Shown here in pieces: positions 18,064-27,549 of a DNA stretch of 64,000 bases (positions are counted from its first letter, which is position 1; every line of letters begins with the position of its first letter). This stretch comes from Myxococcota bacterium. Lineage in GTDB: Bacteria > Myxococcota_A > UBA796 > UBA2385. Location of the stretch: contig JBIJDH010000018.1 of NCBI GenBank assembly GCA_044344255.1, positions 96,001 through 160,000 of the forward strand, in the 5' to 3' direction. The notes under the pieces were generated by a model. The model made no database searches, was not told where the DNA came from, and saw only the letters and a list, made by a program, of their open reading frames with translations. Made by a program: the position numbers and the translations under genes.

Positions 18064-20608
18064 GCGCGGCGGCGCTGCCCGCCAGATTGAGCTGCTCCAC
18101 TGCGGGTGGACCCTGCTCGGCACCCTCCCCGGGGCCTTCGCGGGCCCGTCCGAGCTCCCCGAGGTCGGCTGGGGGCCGGCGGTGGTGCCGGGCACGGTGG
18201 CCCAGGCCCTCCGCCTCGATCTCGACCGCCCGCCCGACCTCGAGGCCGAGGACTGGTGGTACCGCTGCACCCTCCCGGCGGGGCCGTCGGGCGGGGACAT
18301 GGCGGTGCTCTGCCTCGATGGCCTCGCCACCCTCGCCGAGGTCTTCCTGAACGGGGAGCGGCTGCTCGTCTCCCGCTCGATGTTCCGCCGGCACCGCCTC
18401 CGGGTGGAGCTCCGGGGCGACGACGCGCTGGCGATCTGCTTCCGCGCCCTCCGCCCCGAGCTCGAGCGGCGGCGCCCCCGCCCGCGCTGGAAGGCGGCGC
18501 TCGTGGAGGAGGGGAACGTCCGCTGGCTGCGCACGACGCTGCTCGGGCGCATCCCCGGCTGGACGCCGCGGCTCCCCCCGGTGGGCCCCTATCGGTCGAT
18601 CCGTCTGGAGCGTTGGGACGCGGTGGCGCTGCGGCGCCTGGAGCTCAGCCCCCGCCTCGACGGGGACCTCGGGCGCGTCGGCCTCTCCGCCGAGCTCCGC
18701 CCCCTGGAGGGGGTGACCGTCACCGCCGCCCGCCTGTCGGTGGGGGAGTGGGACTTCCCGCTCGCGCTCGTGCCGGGCGAGGACGAGGCCGGGGCGCCGG
18801 TGCTGGGCGTGCAGGCCGAGGTCTATCTGCAGGACCCCCCGCGCTGGTGGCCCCACGGCCACGGGGCGCAGCCGCTGTTGCCCACCGCGCTGCACCTCGA
18901 GACCTCGGTGGGAGAGCGGGTGATCGACTGTGGGCCGGTCGGCTTCCGTTCGGTCTCGCTCGACCGCGAGGGGGGCCGGGTCTCGCTCCGCGTGAACGGG
19001 CGGGCCATCTTCTGTCGCGGCGCCTGTTGGACCGTGGAGGACGCCCGCAGCCTCGACGGGCCGCCCGGCGCTATCACCGCCACGCTCCGCCGAGCCCGCG
19101 AGGGCGGCCTGAACATGCTGCGCATCGGCGGCACGATGGTCTATGGGAGCGACGAGCTCTATCAGGCGGCGGACGCGCTCGGTGTCCTCGTCTGGCAGGA
19201 CCTCTCCTTCGCCAACCTCGACTACCCCTTCGCGGACCCTGATTTTTGCCGCGAGGCCACGGAGGAGGTGGAGGAGCAGCTCCGCCGCCTCCGCCGGCAC
19301 CCGAGCCTCGCGGTCTGGTGCGGGAACAGCGAGATCCAGCAGCAGGTGGCGATGCTCGGCCTGCCGCGGGAGCTGTGGGCCGACCCCTTCTTCACCGAGG
19401 CCGTGCCCGACCTCGTCCGCGCCCTGCACCCGGGCGCGGCCTACTTCCCCTCCACGCCCTGTGAGGGCGCCCTCCCCTTTCACACCGCGACCGGCCTCAC
19501 CCACTACTATGGGGTCGGGGCCTATCGGCGGCCCCTCTCCGATGTCCGGGCGGCCCGGGTGCGCTTCAGCCCCGAGTGCCTCGGCTTCTCGAACGTGCCC
19601 GACCAGCTCGCCCTCGAGCGGTTGAGCGGCGGCGCCCTGCCGCTCCCGCACCAGCCCGCCTGGAAGGCCGGCGTGCCGCGGGACGCCGGCGCGGGCTGGG
19701 ACTTCGAGGACGTGCGAGACCACTATCTCCAGTCCTTGTTCGGGGTTGACCCTGTCGCGCTCCGCAGCGTCGATCCGGAGCGTTACTTCGCCCTCTCCCG
19801 CGCCGTCACCGGCGAGCTGATGTTGCGGGTCTTCGCCGAGTGGAGGCGGCCGGCGGGCCCCCGCGGCGACGGCGGCAGCGGCTGCGGCGGCGCCCTCGTC
19901 TGGTTCTTGAAGGACCTCCGCCCCGGCGCCGGCTGGGGCATCCTCGACGACCAGGGTCGCCCGAAGGCGGCCTATTGGTACCTCCGCCGCGCCTGGGCGG
20001 GCCGCGCGGTCTTGATGACCGAGGAGGGGCAGGACGGCGTCGATCTGCACGTCCACAACGAGCACCCTGAGCCCCTGGTGGCCACGGTGGAGCTCGAGCT
20101 GCTGCGCGGGGGGCGCCAGCGGGTCGGCTGGGCGGCCCACCCCGTCACGCTCGAGCCCTGGGGCGCCCTCACCCTGCAAGGGGACGCCTTGCTCCCCTCC
20201 TTCTCTGACCTCGCCCTGGCCTATCGTTTCGGGCCGCCGGGCCATGACGTCGTGGTGGCGCGGCTCGTCGGGGAGGGGGGCGCGCTCCTCCACGAGGACG
20301 CCGTCTTCCCGGGCGGGCACACGCTGCGGCCGGTGGAGGTCGGCGCCCTCCGCGCCCACGTCGCGCCCGCCGCCGACGGCGCGCTTTGGCTGCACCTCCG
20401 CGCCGAGGCCTTCCTCCAGACCGTCACGATCACGAGCCCGGGCTGGGAGGTCGAGGAGGACTGCCTCCACCTCTCTCCGGGGCGAGAGCGGGCGCTGCGC
20501 CTGACCGCGCTGCCGGTCGCCGCGGGGGCGCGGGCCCGGCCCTTCAAGGCGGAGGTGAGCGCGCTCAACCTCGAGGGCAGCCTGACCGTGCGGGGGCCCG
20601 CCGCCTGA
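18056..20608 (+). CDS. Glycoside hydrolase family 2 (beta-mannosidase-like)
   Basis: DGLATLAEVFLNG, WWPHGHGAQPL, VNGRAIFCRGACW, NMLRIGG, GVLVWQD, HPSLAVWCGNSE, RFSPEC, WGILD..PKAAYW. Confidence 0.9.
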   Translation: MAERGGAARQIELLHCGWTLLGTLPGAFAGPSELPEVGWGPAVVPGTVAQALRLDLDRPPDLEAEDWWYRCTLPAGPSGGDMAVLCLDGLATLAEVFLNGERLLVSRSMFRRHRLRVELRGDDALAICFRALRPELERRRPRPRWKAALVEEGNVRWLRTTLLGRIPGWTPRLPPVGPYRSIRLERWDAVALRRLELSPRLDGDLGRVGLSAELRPLEGVTVTAARLSVGEWDFPLALVPGEDEAGAPVLGVQAEVYLQDPPRWWPHGHGAQPLLPTALHLETSVGERVIDCGPVGFRSVSLDREGGRVSLRVNGRAIFCRGACWTVEDARSLDGPPGAITATLRRAREGGLNMLRIGGTMVYGSDELYQAADALGVLVWQDLSFANLDYPFADPDFCREATEEVEEQLRRLRRHPSLAVWCGNSEIQQQVAMLGLPRELWADPFFTEAVPDLVRALHPGAAYFPSTPCEGALPFHTATGLTHYYGVGAYRRPLSDVRAARVRFSPECLGFSNVPDQLALERLSGGALPLPHQPAWKAGVPRDAGAGWDFEDVRDHYLQSLFGVDPVALRSVDPERYFALSRAVTGELMLRVFAEWRRPAGPRGDGGSGCGGALVWFLKDLRPGAGWGILDDQGRPKAAYWYLRRAWAGRAVLMTEEGQDGVDLHVHNEHPEPLVATVELELLRGGRQRVGWAAHPVTLEPWGALTLQGDALLPSFSDLALAYRFGPPGHDVVVARLVGEGGALLHEDAVFPGGHTLRPVEVGALRAHVAPAADGALWLHLRAEAFLQTVTITSPGWEVEEDCLHLSPGRERALRLTALPVAAGARARPFKAEVSALNLEGSLTVRGPAA

Positions 20609-20646
20609 GGGCCCGTTAGGGGGCGGGTGGACGGAGGGGGAGGCCC

Positions 20647-21276
20647 ATGTTCATCGGATGGCTCCTGATCGCGCTCGGGCTCGCCCGCGGCGCCCCCCGC
20701 CCGCCGCCCGAGGGCTGGACCGACCTGTGCACCCTGCCCGGCCTGCTCTTCGAGGTGGGCTATGCCACGGCGCAGAATTTCACCGGGGCGCCGCTCCCTG
20801 GCTATGGCGAGCCCGGAGCCTGGCTGCGGAGCGCCCCCGCCGCCGCCCTGGCCGGGGCTCAGCGGGCGGCCGAGGGAGAGGGTCTCGCGATCCTCGTCTA
20901 TGACGCCTATCGTCCAGAGCGGGCCAGCCGAGCGATGGTCGAGTGGGCGAAGCGGGAGGGCCAGCTCCGTCTTGTCACCGACGGCTACGTCGCGGCCCGC
21001 TCCCGACACAACCGCGGCGTCGCCGTTGACCTCACCCTCGCCCGGGACGGTCAGCCTCTCGACATGGGCACCCCCTGGGACCACTTCTCCGAGGCCAGCC
21101 ATGGTGTCAACGCGGAGGGCCTCCCGCGAGAGAACCGGGACCGCCTCTCCCGTATCCTGGTCGCCGCTGGCTTTCGGCCCTATTCGAAGGAGTGGTGGCA
21201 CTTCTCCTGGCCCGCGGACGCCGCCCCCATCGACATCCCGTACGAGGATGACATCCCTGACGAGGACAGCCCATGA
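20647..21276 (+). CDS. D-alanyl-D-alanine dipeptidase (peptidase M15D, VanX/DdpX family), exported
   Basis: YATAQNFTG, VYDAYRP, SRHNRGVAVDLT (SxHxxGxAxD), DMGTPWDHF, EWWHFS. Confidence 0.92.
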   Translation: MFIGWLLIALGLARGAPRPPPEGWTDLCTLPGLLFEVGYATAQNFTGAPLPGYGEPGAWLRSAPAAALAGAQRAAEGEGLAILVYDAYRPERASRAMVEWAKREGQLRLVTDGYVAARSRHNRGVAVDLTLARDGQPLDMGTPWDHFSEASHGVNAEGLPRENRDRLSRILVAAGFRPYSKEWWHFSWPADAAPIDIPYEDDIPDEDSP

Positions 21277-22604
21277 ATCGCCTGAAGAAGGTCGGCGCCC
21301 CCCTGTTCGGCCTGTTTTTGCTCGGGGCGGCCCCCTCCGCGCCGGCCGCCCCGGGCGCGGAGGGCCCCGCGTGGCGGCAGCTCCGCGCCCCCGCGGCCTC
21401 CGCGAGCTCCTATCTCAAGAGCAACTGGAACAAGTACGAAGAGAACTACCACCCGAACTACGTGCTCGACGGAGACCCGCGCACCGCCTGGGTGGAGGGA
21501 GACGCGGGTGATGGTGTGGGGGCCACCCTCTCGATCCCCCTCTCCACGCTCTCTTCGGCGCGGGCGATCAAGCTGCGGGTCCGCAACGGCTATCAGAAGA
21601 GCGAGGCGCTGCTGCTGGCCAACGGCGCCCCCTCGGCGGTGACCGCCACCGTCACCCGGCACGGCGCGCCGGTGGCGAGCCTGCCGCTCACCCTGTCGGC
21701 GACGATGGGCTGGCAGGAGTTCACCCTCCCAGTCCCCGCGGGAGCGTCGATCGACGGGGTCGAGCTCCGGCTGGAGTCGGTGCGAGCGGGGAAGACCTAC
21801 AAGGACACCTGCATCTCGGACGTCGAGCTGTGGTCGGACTCCGACGTGCCCTACGCCGCCGCGGTCGAGGCGGCCAAGCACGCTGCGGTGGTCGGCTGGA
21901 TCGGCGAGCGGGTCGCGGCGGCGCGGTACTTCGCCGCCCTCCCGCCGAGCTGGCCCTACGCCGGCACCGACCTCCAGTGGAGGGACCTCCCCACCCGCTC
22001 CGAGGCCGCCTTTGAGGCGGCGGCCGGCCCGCTCCGGGCGGCGGCGAGCGCGGTCCTGGCGCAGGGGCCGCGCTACAAGCCGGCCTTTCAGACGACCTGG
22101 CGGGACCCGGACGGGGTCTATGAGCCCGCGCTCCTGTCCTCCTTCCTCCTGTCCGCCAACGTCTCCTTCTTCGAGACGGACAAGGAGGTCGTCAAGGACC
22201 TCCGAACCACCGACGACGAGTACGCGCGGGAGGACGCCCTCCGCGATCTCCACGTCGAGTGGGCCGGGGCGGACCAGCGCACCGCCGCCGGTGTGGCCTA
22301 TCGCCACCGCAGCGTCTGGGACGAGCGGACCTTGACCACCCGAAATCGCGAAGTCTATCTTCAGTACGACGCCCAGGGCCGGCTGGCCCGGTGGTGGACC
22401 TTGGCGAACGAGCAGGAGGGCTCTGGCCGCTGCGGCGCCACTCGAGCGGAGACGGTGGGGGTGGTGGTCTGGAGCGCCGCTGGCAAGGTGGAGGGGCTGG
22501 AGTCTGTCGAGCGCTACATGAACCACCGCTACGACGACGCCGCGGGCGACTGCGCAGCGGCCTGGACCACGGAGCTCCGGGTGCAGGCGGGGGCATTCCG
22601 CTGA
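21273..22604 (+). CDS. Secreted protein with N-terminal discoidin/NADase-type glycan-binding domain
   Basis: Signal peptide; ASASSYL, YHPNYVLDGDPRTAWVEG, NGYQKS, DTCISDV; C-terminal half unassigned; ATGA overlap with the dipeptidase gene. Confidence 0.72.
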   Translation: MNRLKKVGAPLFGLFLLGAAPSAPAAPGAEGPAWRQLRAPAASASSYLKSNWNKYEENYHPNYVLDGDPRTAWVEGDAGDGVGATLSIPLSTLSSARAIKLRVRNGYQKSEALLLANGAPSAVTATVTRHGAPVASLPLTLSATMGWQEFTLPVPAGASIDGVELRLESVRAGKTYKDTCISDVELWSDSDVPYAAAVEAAKHAAVVGWIGERVAAARYFAALPPSWPYAGTDLQWRDLPTRSEAAFEAAAGPLRAAASAVLAQGPRYKPAFQTTWRDPDGVYEPALLSSFLLSANVSFFETDKEVVKDLRTTDDEYAREDALRDLHVEWAGADQRTAAGVAYRHRSVWDERTLTTRNREVYLQYDAQGRLARWWTLANEQEGSGRCGATRAETVGVVVWSAAGKVEGLESVERYMNHRYDDAAGDCAAAWTTELRVQAGAFR

Positions 22605-23626
22605 GCGGGCTCCCGCTGAGCTGGCTCCCGCTGCTGCTGCTCGTGGGCTTCGACTGGGGGCTCGATCCGGCGCGGCGGCCCCTCGAGGGGCCCTTCGTGA
22701 GCGCGGCGGTCTGCCTCGACTGCCACCCGGCGCAGGTGGCGGAGTGGCGCCCCAGCCGACACGCGCGCGCCTGGACCGACGAGGTCTTTCGAGAGGGCTT
22801 CATCCAGGAGCCGCTCGAGCCCTGCGCCTCCTGCCACGCCCCCTTCGCCGAGCAGAGCCGCGAGGCCCTCCGCAACCTGCCGCATTACCGCTCTCGCCGG
22901 CGGGTGGACGGGGGGCCGATCGTGCCCGCGCTGCCGGAGCCGAAGGCCGAGGAGGGGGTGACCTGCGCGGTCTGTCACCTCCGCGGCGGCGTGGTGGTCG
23001 GGCCCGGCCTCGGCGGCGTGGCGGCTCACCCCGTCGAGGTCAGCCCCGGCCTCCGCGACGGCGAGGTCTGTCGGCCCTGCCACGAATTTCCTTTTGTGGA
23101 GTCGGTAGACGGGCGGCTCGTGGTCACCGACGAGCCCATGCAGCGCACCTGGACCGAGTGGCGCGCCAGCGGCTCGACGGAGACCTGCGTGGGCTGCCAC
23201 ATGCCGGCCGGCAGCCACCGCCTCCGCGGCATCGATGATCTGGACTGGCTCCGCGCCTCGGTGGTGGTGAGCGCGGACGCCGCCGGCTTCACGCTCCACA
23301 GCGTCGGGGTCGGCCACAACCTGCCCACGGGGGACCTCTTCCGCCGCCTCAGCCTGGAGGTGGAGGGGGCGGTGGTGGCAGAGCTCGGGCGCCGCTTCGC
23401 CCTCCGCGAGGAGGCCGACGGCCTGCACAAGCGCGAGGTCGCCGACACCACCCTCCGCCCCGGGGAGGCGCGCCGCGTCCCCTACCCGGGCGCCGATCGG
23501 GCCCGCTGGCGCCTGCTGTACCACAAGGGCTCGCCGGAGGACGAGGCGCGGGCCCGAGTCTCCTCTGATCGGCTGGTGATCGAGCTCGCCGCCTCCCCCA
23601 GCGCGCGGGGCGCCGGCCGAGAGTGA
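22601..23626 (+). CDS. Multiheme (penta-heme) cytochrome c; start uncertain (CTG 22601 or GTG 22643)
   Basis: Five CxxCH motifs (CLDCH, CASCH, CAVCH, CRPCH, CVGCH), W..SRHARAW, GHNLPTG; hydrophobic N-terminus LPLSWLPLLLLVG. Confidence 0.85.
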   Translation: MSGLPLSWLPLLLLVGFDWGLDPARRPLEGPFVSAAVCLDCHPAQVAEWRPSRHARAWTDEVFREGFIQEPLEPCASCHAPFAEQSREALRNLPHYRSRRRVDGGPIVPALPEPKAEEGVTCAVCHLRGGVVVGPGLGGVAAHPVEVSPGLRDGEVCRPCHEFPFVESVDGRLVVTDEPMQRTWTEWRASGSTETCVGCHMPAGSHRLRGIDDLDWLRASVVVSADAAGFTLHSVGVGHNLPTGDLFRRLSLEVEGAVVAELGRRFALREEADGLHKREVADTTLRPGEARRVPYPGADRARWRLLYHKGSPEDEARARVSSDRLVIELAASPSARGAGRE

Positions 23627-23784
23627 CGGATGTGGGAAGTGTGAGGGGTCCGCCGATCGGGGAGGTCCGATAGCGGGGTGGGGCGGGCGATGGCCGCTGT
23701 CCCTCGTGGCCCAGTCCAATTTCCTCTCGCTGATCCCCGAATCCCCAGCCTCGAAAACCCTGTTCACTGTGTTGGAGTGCACTC

Positions 23785-26448
23785 ATGCGCCTCGAACGTC
23801 TCTTGTTCACGCTCGCCTTCGCCGCCACCCTCCCCGGCTGCGGGGACAAGGATGACACCGCCGCACCCCCCTCGGACGATGGCGGAGATGAGACCGGCGC
23901 GCCTTGCGAGGATGAGGTGCCTCCCGAGCTCTGTGACGGCCTCGACAACGACAACGACGGCGCCGTAGACGAGGACTTCAGCGACGCCGACCTCGACGGT
24001 ACGGCCGACTGCATGGAGACCACCGACGAGTGTGACCACATCGACAACGACGGCGACGGGGCCGTGGACGAAGACGGCGGTGACGCCGATGAAGACGGCA
24101 TCGTAGACTGCGACGACGTCGAGGACTGTGACTGTGTCGACAACAACGGCGACGGCACGGTGGACGAGGGCTGCGCCTACGAGCTCGGCATCACCGCCTC
24201 GGGCGACGACACCGCCACCCTCTATGTGGACGGGGCCACCATCGGCGGCACCTCGGGCTGGTCTGTCCCCGGCTCCTTCGCGGTCGGCGTGAGCGGGAGC
24301 CAGCACTGGGTGGCCGCCACCGTCTCCGACGTGAGCGGCGTACAGGCTGGCTTTATCGCCGCCGTCTATGTCAACGGCGTGCTCACCTCCGTCACCGGCG
24401 ACGGATCCTGGTTCGGCTCCACCGGCTCCCCCTCCGCGGCGGGCTGGGCCACCTCCACCGCCGGCCTGTCCGAGGCCACCGTGGCCTCGTGCACCTGGGG
24501 CGGCCTCCCCGCCTTCACCGGCACGGGGGCGGAGTGGGTCTGGGAGGGTGACTGCGCCGATGAGCGCAGCTTCCCCCGCGCCTGGTACGTGGCCGAGATC
24601 AACATCTGCCCCGAGTCCGAGACCTGTGACGGGGAGGACAACGACGGGGACGGCGAGGCCGACGAGGGCTTCGGCGACATCGACGAGGACGGCGTCGCCG
24701 ACTGTGTAGACATCGAAGACTGCGACGGCCTCGACAACACGGGCGAGGGGCTGATCGACGAGGACCTCCCGGACAGCGACGGCGACGGCACCTGCGACGA
24801 GCGCGACAAGGAAGAGTGTGACGGCCTCGACAACGACGGCAACGGTGAGGTCGACGAGCTCTACAACGACACGGACGGCGACGGCATCGCCGACTGTATC
24901 GACGAGGAGGAGTGTGACGGCCTCGACAACGACGGTGACGGCGGCATTGACGAGGGCTACGGCGACAGCGACGAAGACGGGACGGCCGACTGCGTCGACA
25001 AGGAGGAGTGTGATGGCCTCGACAACGACGGCGACGGGAAGGTGGACGAGCTCTGGGGCGACGTGGACGGTGACTCCATCGTGGACTGCCTCGACGTCGA
25101 GGACTGTGACGGCATCGACAACGACGGCGACGGCGCGGTCGATGAGGATTGGGCCGACACCGACGGCGACGGCGTGGGCGACTGCGAGCCCGAGGCCTGT
25201 GACTGCGAGGACAACGACGGCGACGGCCTCGTGGACGAGGACTGCAAGTACAGCCTGTCCGTGATCGGCGCCGCCGACGACACCTTTGACCTCTACCTCG
25301 ACGGCGCGGCCTGGGGCACGGGCTCGGGCTGGGGCACGCCCGACACCTTCACCACCTCGGTGATGGGCGGCACGCACCACATCGCCGCCGAGGCGAGCGA
25401 CATCTACGGCGCCTACGCGGGCTTCGCGGCGGTGGTCTCCGTGGACGGCGTCGATCAGGCCGCCACGGGGGACGGGCTGTTCATGGGAGAGGCGGGCGTG
25501 CCGACCGGCACGGGCTGGAGCACCTCGACCCTCGGCCTCTCGAGCGAGCAGGTGGTGGTCGGCCCCTGGGGGCTGCCGGGTGACCTCGCAGGTACGGGCG
25601 CCGAGTGGGTGTGGCAGGGCGGCAGCATGGAGTCGGACTCGGACTGGGTGACCGACAGCTACTACGTGCTCGAGCTCGACCTCTGCGGCAGCTACGAGCC
25701 CGAGGTCTGTGACGGCGTGGACAACGACGAAGACGGAGAGATCGACGAGGGCTACTCGGACGTGGACGAAGACGGCGTCGCCGACTGCGTGGACGAAGAG
25801 ACCTGCGGCGACGAGCTCGACAACGACGGCGACGGCTCGGTGGACGAGGACTGCATCGGCGACTGCCCGGCCCCCACCTACAAGAGCGTCTGCACCATCA
25901 CCCTGTCCTCGGGCGCGGTGAGCTGCACCGGCGCCAACCCGATGACCCTCATCAGTACGAGCTCGGGCTACACCTACGAGCTCCAGATGGCGGAGTTCGA
26001 CATCGCCACCTTCAACACCCTGTTCTCGGGGCCGAAGGACTGGGCCCTGCACATCTCGGACTCCCCCACCGGCGACGGCAACAGCGGGGACGGCGGGGAC
26101 TTCGAGAACGACTCGGAGTTCCAGGTCTTCGGCACCTCGGTGGCGCTCTACGGCTCCGACGTGGTGAGCTCGGCCCTCCAGTTCAGTCAGTCCTCGGCCT
26201 TCGCGACCTACGAGGAGACGGAGTCCGTCCTCTGTGACAGCTACTTCTCCTTCGAGAGCAGCACCACCTTCCTCGAGGCGCGCGGCGCCGGGGTGTTCCA
26301 GATTGACGGCGATGAGCCCGACAGCGGCTCGGCGGCGAGCGGCGGCTTCAATGACCGGGCGGTCTACCTCGGCGTCAATCGAGTGGTGGGCTCCACGTCG
26401 CGGACGGGCTCGGGCGTGAAGGCGATCACGGTCACCTTCGGGAAGTGA
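23785..26448 (+). CDS. Large acidic lipoprotein with 12 CDxxDNDxDG putative metal-binding (MopE-like) repeats and two lectin-like beta domains
   Basis: Lipobox LPGC; repeats in 3+7+2 blocks; two related inserts (SGDDTATLYVDG / AADDTFDLYLDG ... GTGAEWVW); distinct C-terminal beta domain. Confidence 0.88.
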   Translation: MRLERLLFTLAFAATLPGCGDKDDTAAPPSDDGGDETGAPCEDEVPPELCDGLDNDNDGAVDEDFSDADLDGTADCMETTDECDHIDNDGDGAVDEDGGDADEDGIVDCDDVEDCDCVDNNGDGTVDEGCAYELGITASGDDTATLYVDGATIGGTSGWSVPGSFAVGVSGSQHWVAATVSDVSGVQAGFIAAVYVNGVLTSVTGDGSWFGSTGSPSAAGWATSTAGLSEATVASCTWGGLPAFTGTGAEWVWEGDCADERSFPRAWYVAEINICPESETCDGEDNDGDGEADEGFGDIDEDGVADCVDIEDCDGLDNTGEGLIDEDLPDSDGDGTCDERDKEECDGLDNDGNGEVDELYNDTDGDGIADCIDEEECDGLDNDGDGGIDEGYGDSDEDGTADCVDKEECDGLDNDGDGKVDELWGDVDGDSIVDCLDVEDCDGIDNDGDGAVDEDWADTDGDGVGDCEPEACDCEDNDGDGLVDEDCKYSLSVIGAADDTFDLYLDGAAWGTGSGWGTPDTFTTSVMGGTHHIAAEASDIYGAYAGFAAVVSVDGVDQAATGDGLFMGEAGVPTGTGWSTSTLGLSSEQVVVGPWGLPGDLAGTGAEWVWQGGSMESDSDWVTDSYYVLELDLCGSYEPEVCDGVDNDEDGEIDEGYSDVDEDGVADCVDEETCGDELDNDGDGSVDEDCIGDCPAPTYKSVCTITLSSGAVSCTGANPMTLISTSSGYTYELQMAEFDIATFNTLFSGPKDWALHISDSPTGDGNSGDGGDFENDSEFQVFGTSVALYGSDVVSSALQFSQSSAFATYEETESVLCDSYFSFESSTTFLEARGAGVFQIDGDEPDSGSAASGGFNDRAVYLGVNRVVGSTSRTGSGVKAITVTFGK

Positions 26449-26500
26449 CCCCGCATGGGCCGCCGGGGGCCCCCGCGGGGGCGACCCGGCGCGCCGCGCG

Positions 26501-26523
26501 CCCTATTCGGGGATGATGGGGGG
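26501..26523 (+). repeat. 23-bp direct repeat, copy 1 (CCCTATTCGGGGATGATGGGGGG)
   Basis: 22/23 identical to 27613-27635. Confidence 0.85.
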
Positions 26524-26658
26524 GCCTGAGCTCTGCCCGCCGTCCCATTGGTACCGGTTCCCGGTCCGCACGTCGGCGTAGTTGTAGACGGTGGGGGTGA
26601 CGTACCTCTGCCCCTCCCGCTCCAGGCCGACCTCGTCGCTCGACCGCCGCGGCCGCAA
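26503..26658 (-). pseudogene. Probable 3' gene fragment (...SDEVGLEREGQRYVTPTVYNYADVRTGNRYQWDGGQSSGPPIIPE*)
   Basis: Translated by hand; coding-like GC3 bias over about 40 codons; in-frame stop just upstream and no clear RBS. Confidence 0.45.
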
Positions 26659-26724
26659 AGGCGGCGGCGAGCGCTATGTGATCAGCCATGGGGGCAGGGG
26701 GTATCGGCGGCCCTGCTCGCGACC

Positions 26725-27315
26725 ATGCCCGAGTACCGGGACCGTTTCGGACCGCAGATCCTCGCCGCCGACGTTCGTATCGGCGTACGCGCCGTGGCCA
26801 TCCTCTTCACCGACCTCACCGGCTCGGCCGCCCTCTATCACGAGCAGGGTGACGCCGCGGCCTTCCGTTTTGTCCACGAGCACTTCGCCATCCTGGAGGC
26901 GGCGGTGGTGGGCAATCAGGGCGTGCGGGTGAAGACCATCGGGGATGCGCTGATGGCCGCCTTTCACAGCCCCTCAGACGCCGTGCGGGCCGCCACGGAG
27001 ATGATGGAGGGCTTCCGCAAATGGGTGGGGAGCTGGGCCCTCAAACGACAGCCCGGCCTCAAGGTGGGAATCCACTTCGGCCCCGCGATGGCCGTCCACA
27101 CCGATGGTGCGGGCCTCGACTACTTTGGCGGCACGGTGAACCTCGCGGCCCGGGCCGAGGGGAAGGCCTCCGGCGGCGTGGCCGTATGGACAGAGGCCGT
27201 ACAGTCTGACCCTGGGGTGCTCGCCTTCCTACAGGCGGGTGGCCGGCAGGCAGAGCCCTTTCTGGCCGATGTGAAGGGGCTGCCAGAGCCCGTCACCCTC
27301 TATCGGCTGGCTTGA
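26725..27315 (+). CDS. Class III adenylate/guanylate cyclase domain, probably N-terminally truncated
   Basis: ILFTDLTGS, VKTIGDALMAAF, LKVGIHFG, DYFGGTVNLAAR. Family-like sequence (GVSAALLAT) continues upstream of the ATG, suggesting a remnant of a larger gene. Confidence 0.8.
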   Translation: MPEYRDRFGPQILAADVRIGVRAVAILFTDLTGSAALYHEQGDAAAFRFVHEHFAILEAAVVGNQGVRVKTIGDALMAAFHSPSDAVRAATEMMEGFRKWVGSWALKRQPGLKVGIHFGPAMAVHTDGAGLDYFGGTVNLAARAEGKASGGVAVWTEAVQSDPGVLAFLQAGGRQAEPFLADVKGLPEPVTLYRLA

Positions 27316-27428
27316 ATGGGTGGCGCCGATCACGTTGCCGAAGACGAGGTCACTCGCGGTGCGGAGGCGCTGGGCCGTCGGCGCGTCCTGCACGCCACCC
27401 CGGCGCCCACCCACCCCTGGAGCCTCCC

Positions 27429-27539
27429 ATGAACGCCCCCATCAAGCCTGTCTTCGCCTCCTCCTCCCGCGTCTCTGTCACCGTCAAGACCGGCCTCCGC
27501 GCTGGCCGCGCCCTCGAGGAGGGACAGAAGCGCGGCTGA
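27429..27539 (+). CDS. 36-aa peptide MNAPIKPVFASSSRVSVTVKTGLRAGRALEEGQKRG, possible RiPP-like precursor
   Basis: GGAG RBS 6 nt before ATG, high GC3, downstream hairpin. Confidence 0.6.
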   Translation: MNAPIKPVFASSSRVSVTVKTGLRAGRALEEGQKRG

Positions 27540-27549
27540 GGGACAGAGA

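Noticed and set aside
20647..21276. vanX as a glycopeptide-resistance determinant
   Set aside because: No vanH/vanA/vanRS nearby; the export signal and Gram-negative context fit a housekeeping DdpX-like peptidase.
23930..25860. Regularly spaced DNA repeats (TGTGACGGCCTCGACAACGAC...) resembling an array
   Set aside because: They are in-frame protein repeats within a lipoprotein gene and vary at synonymous positions.
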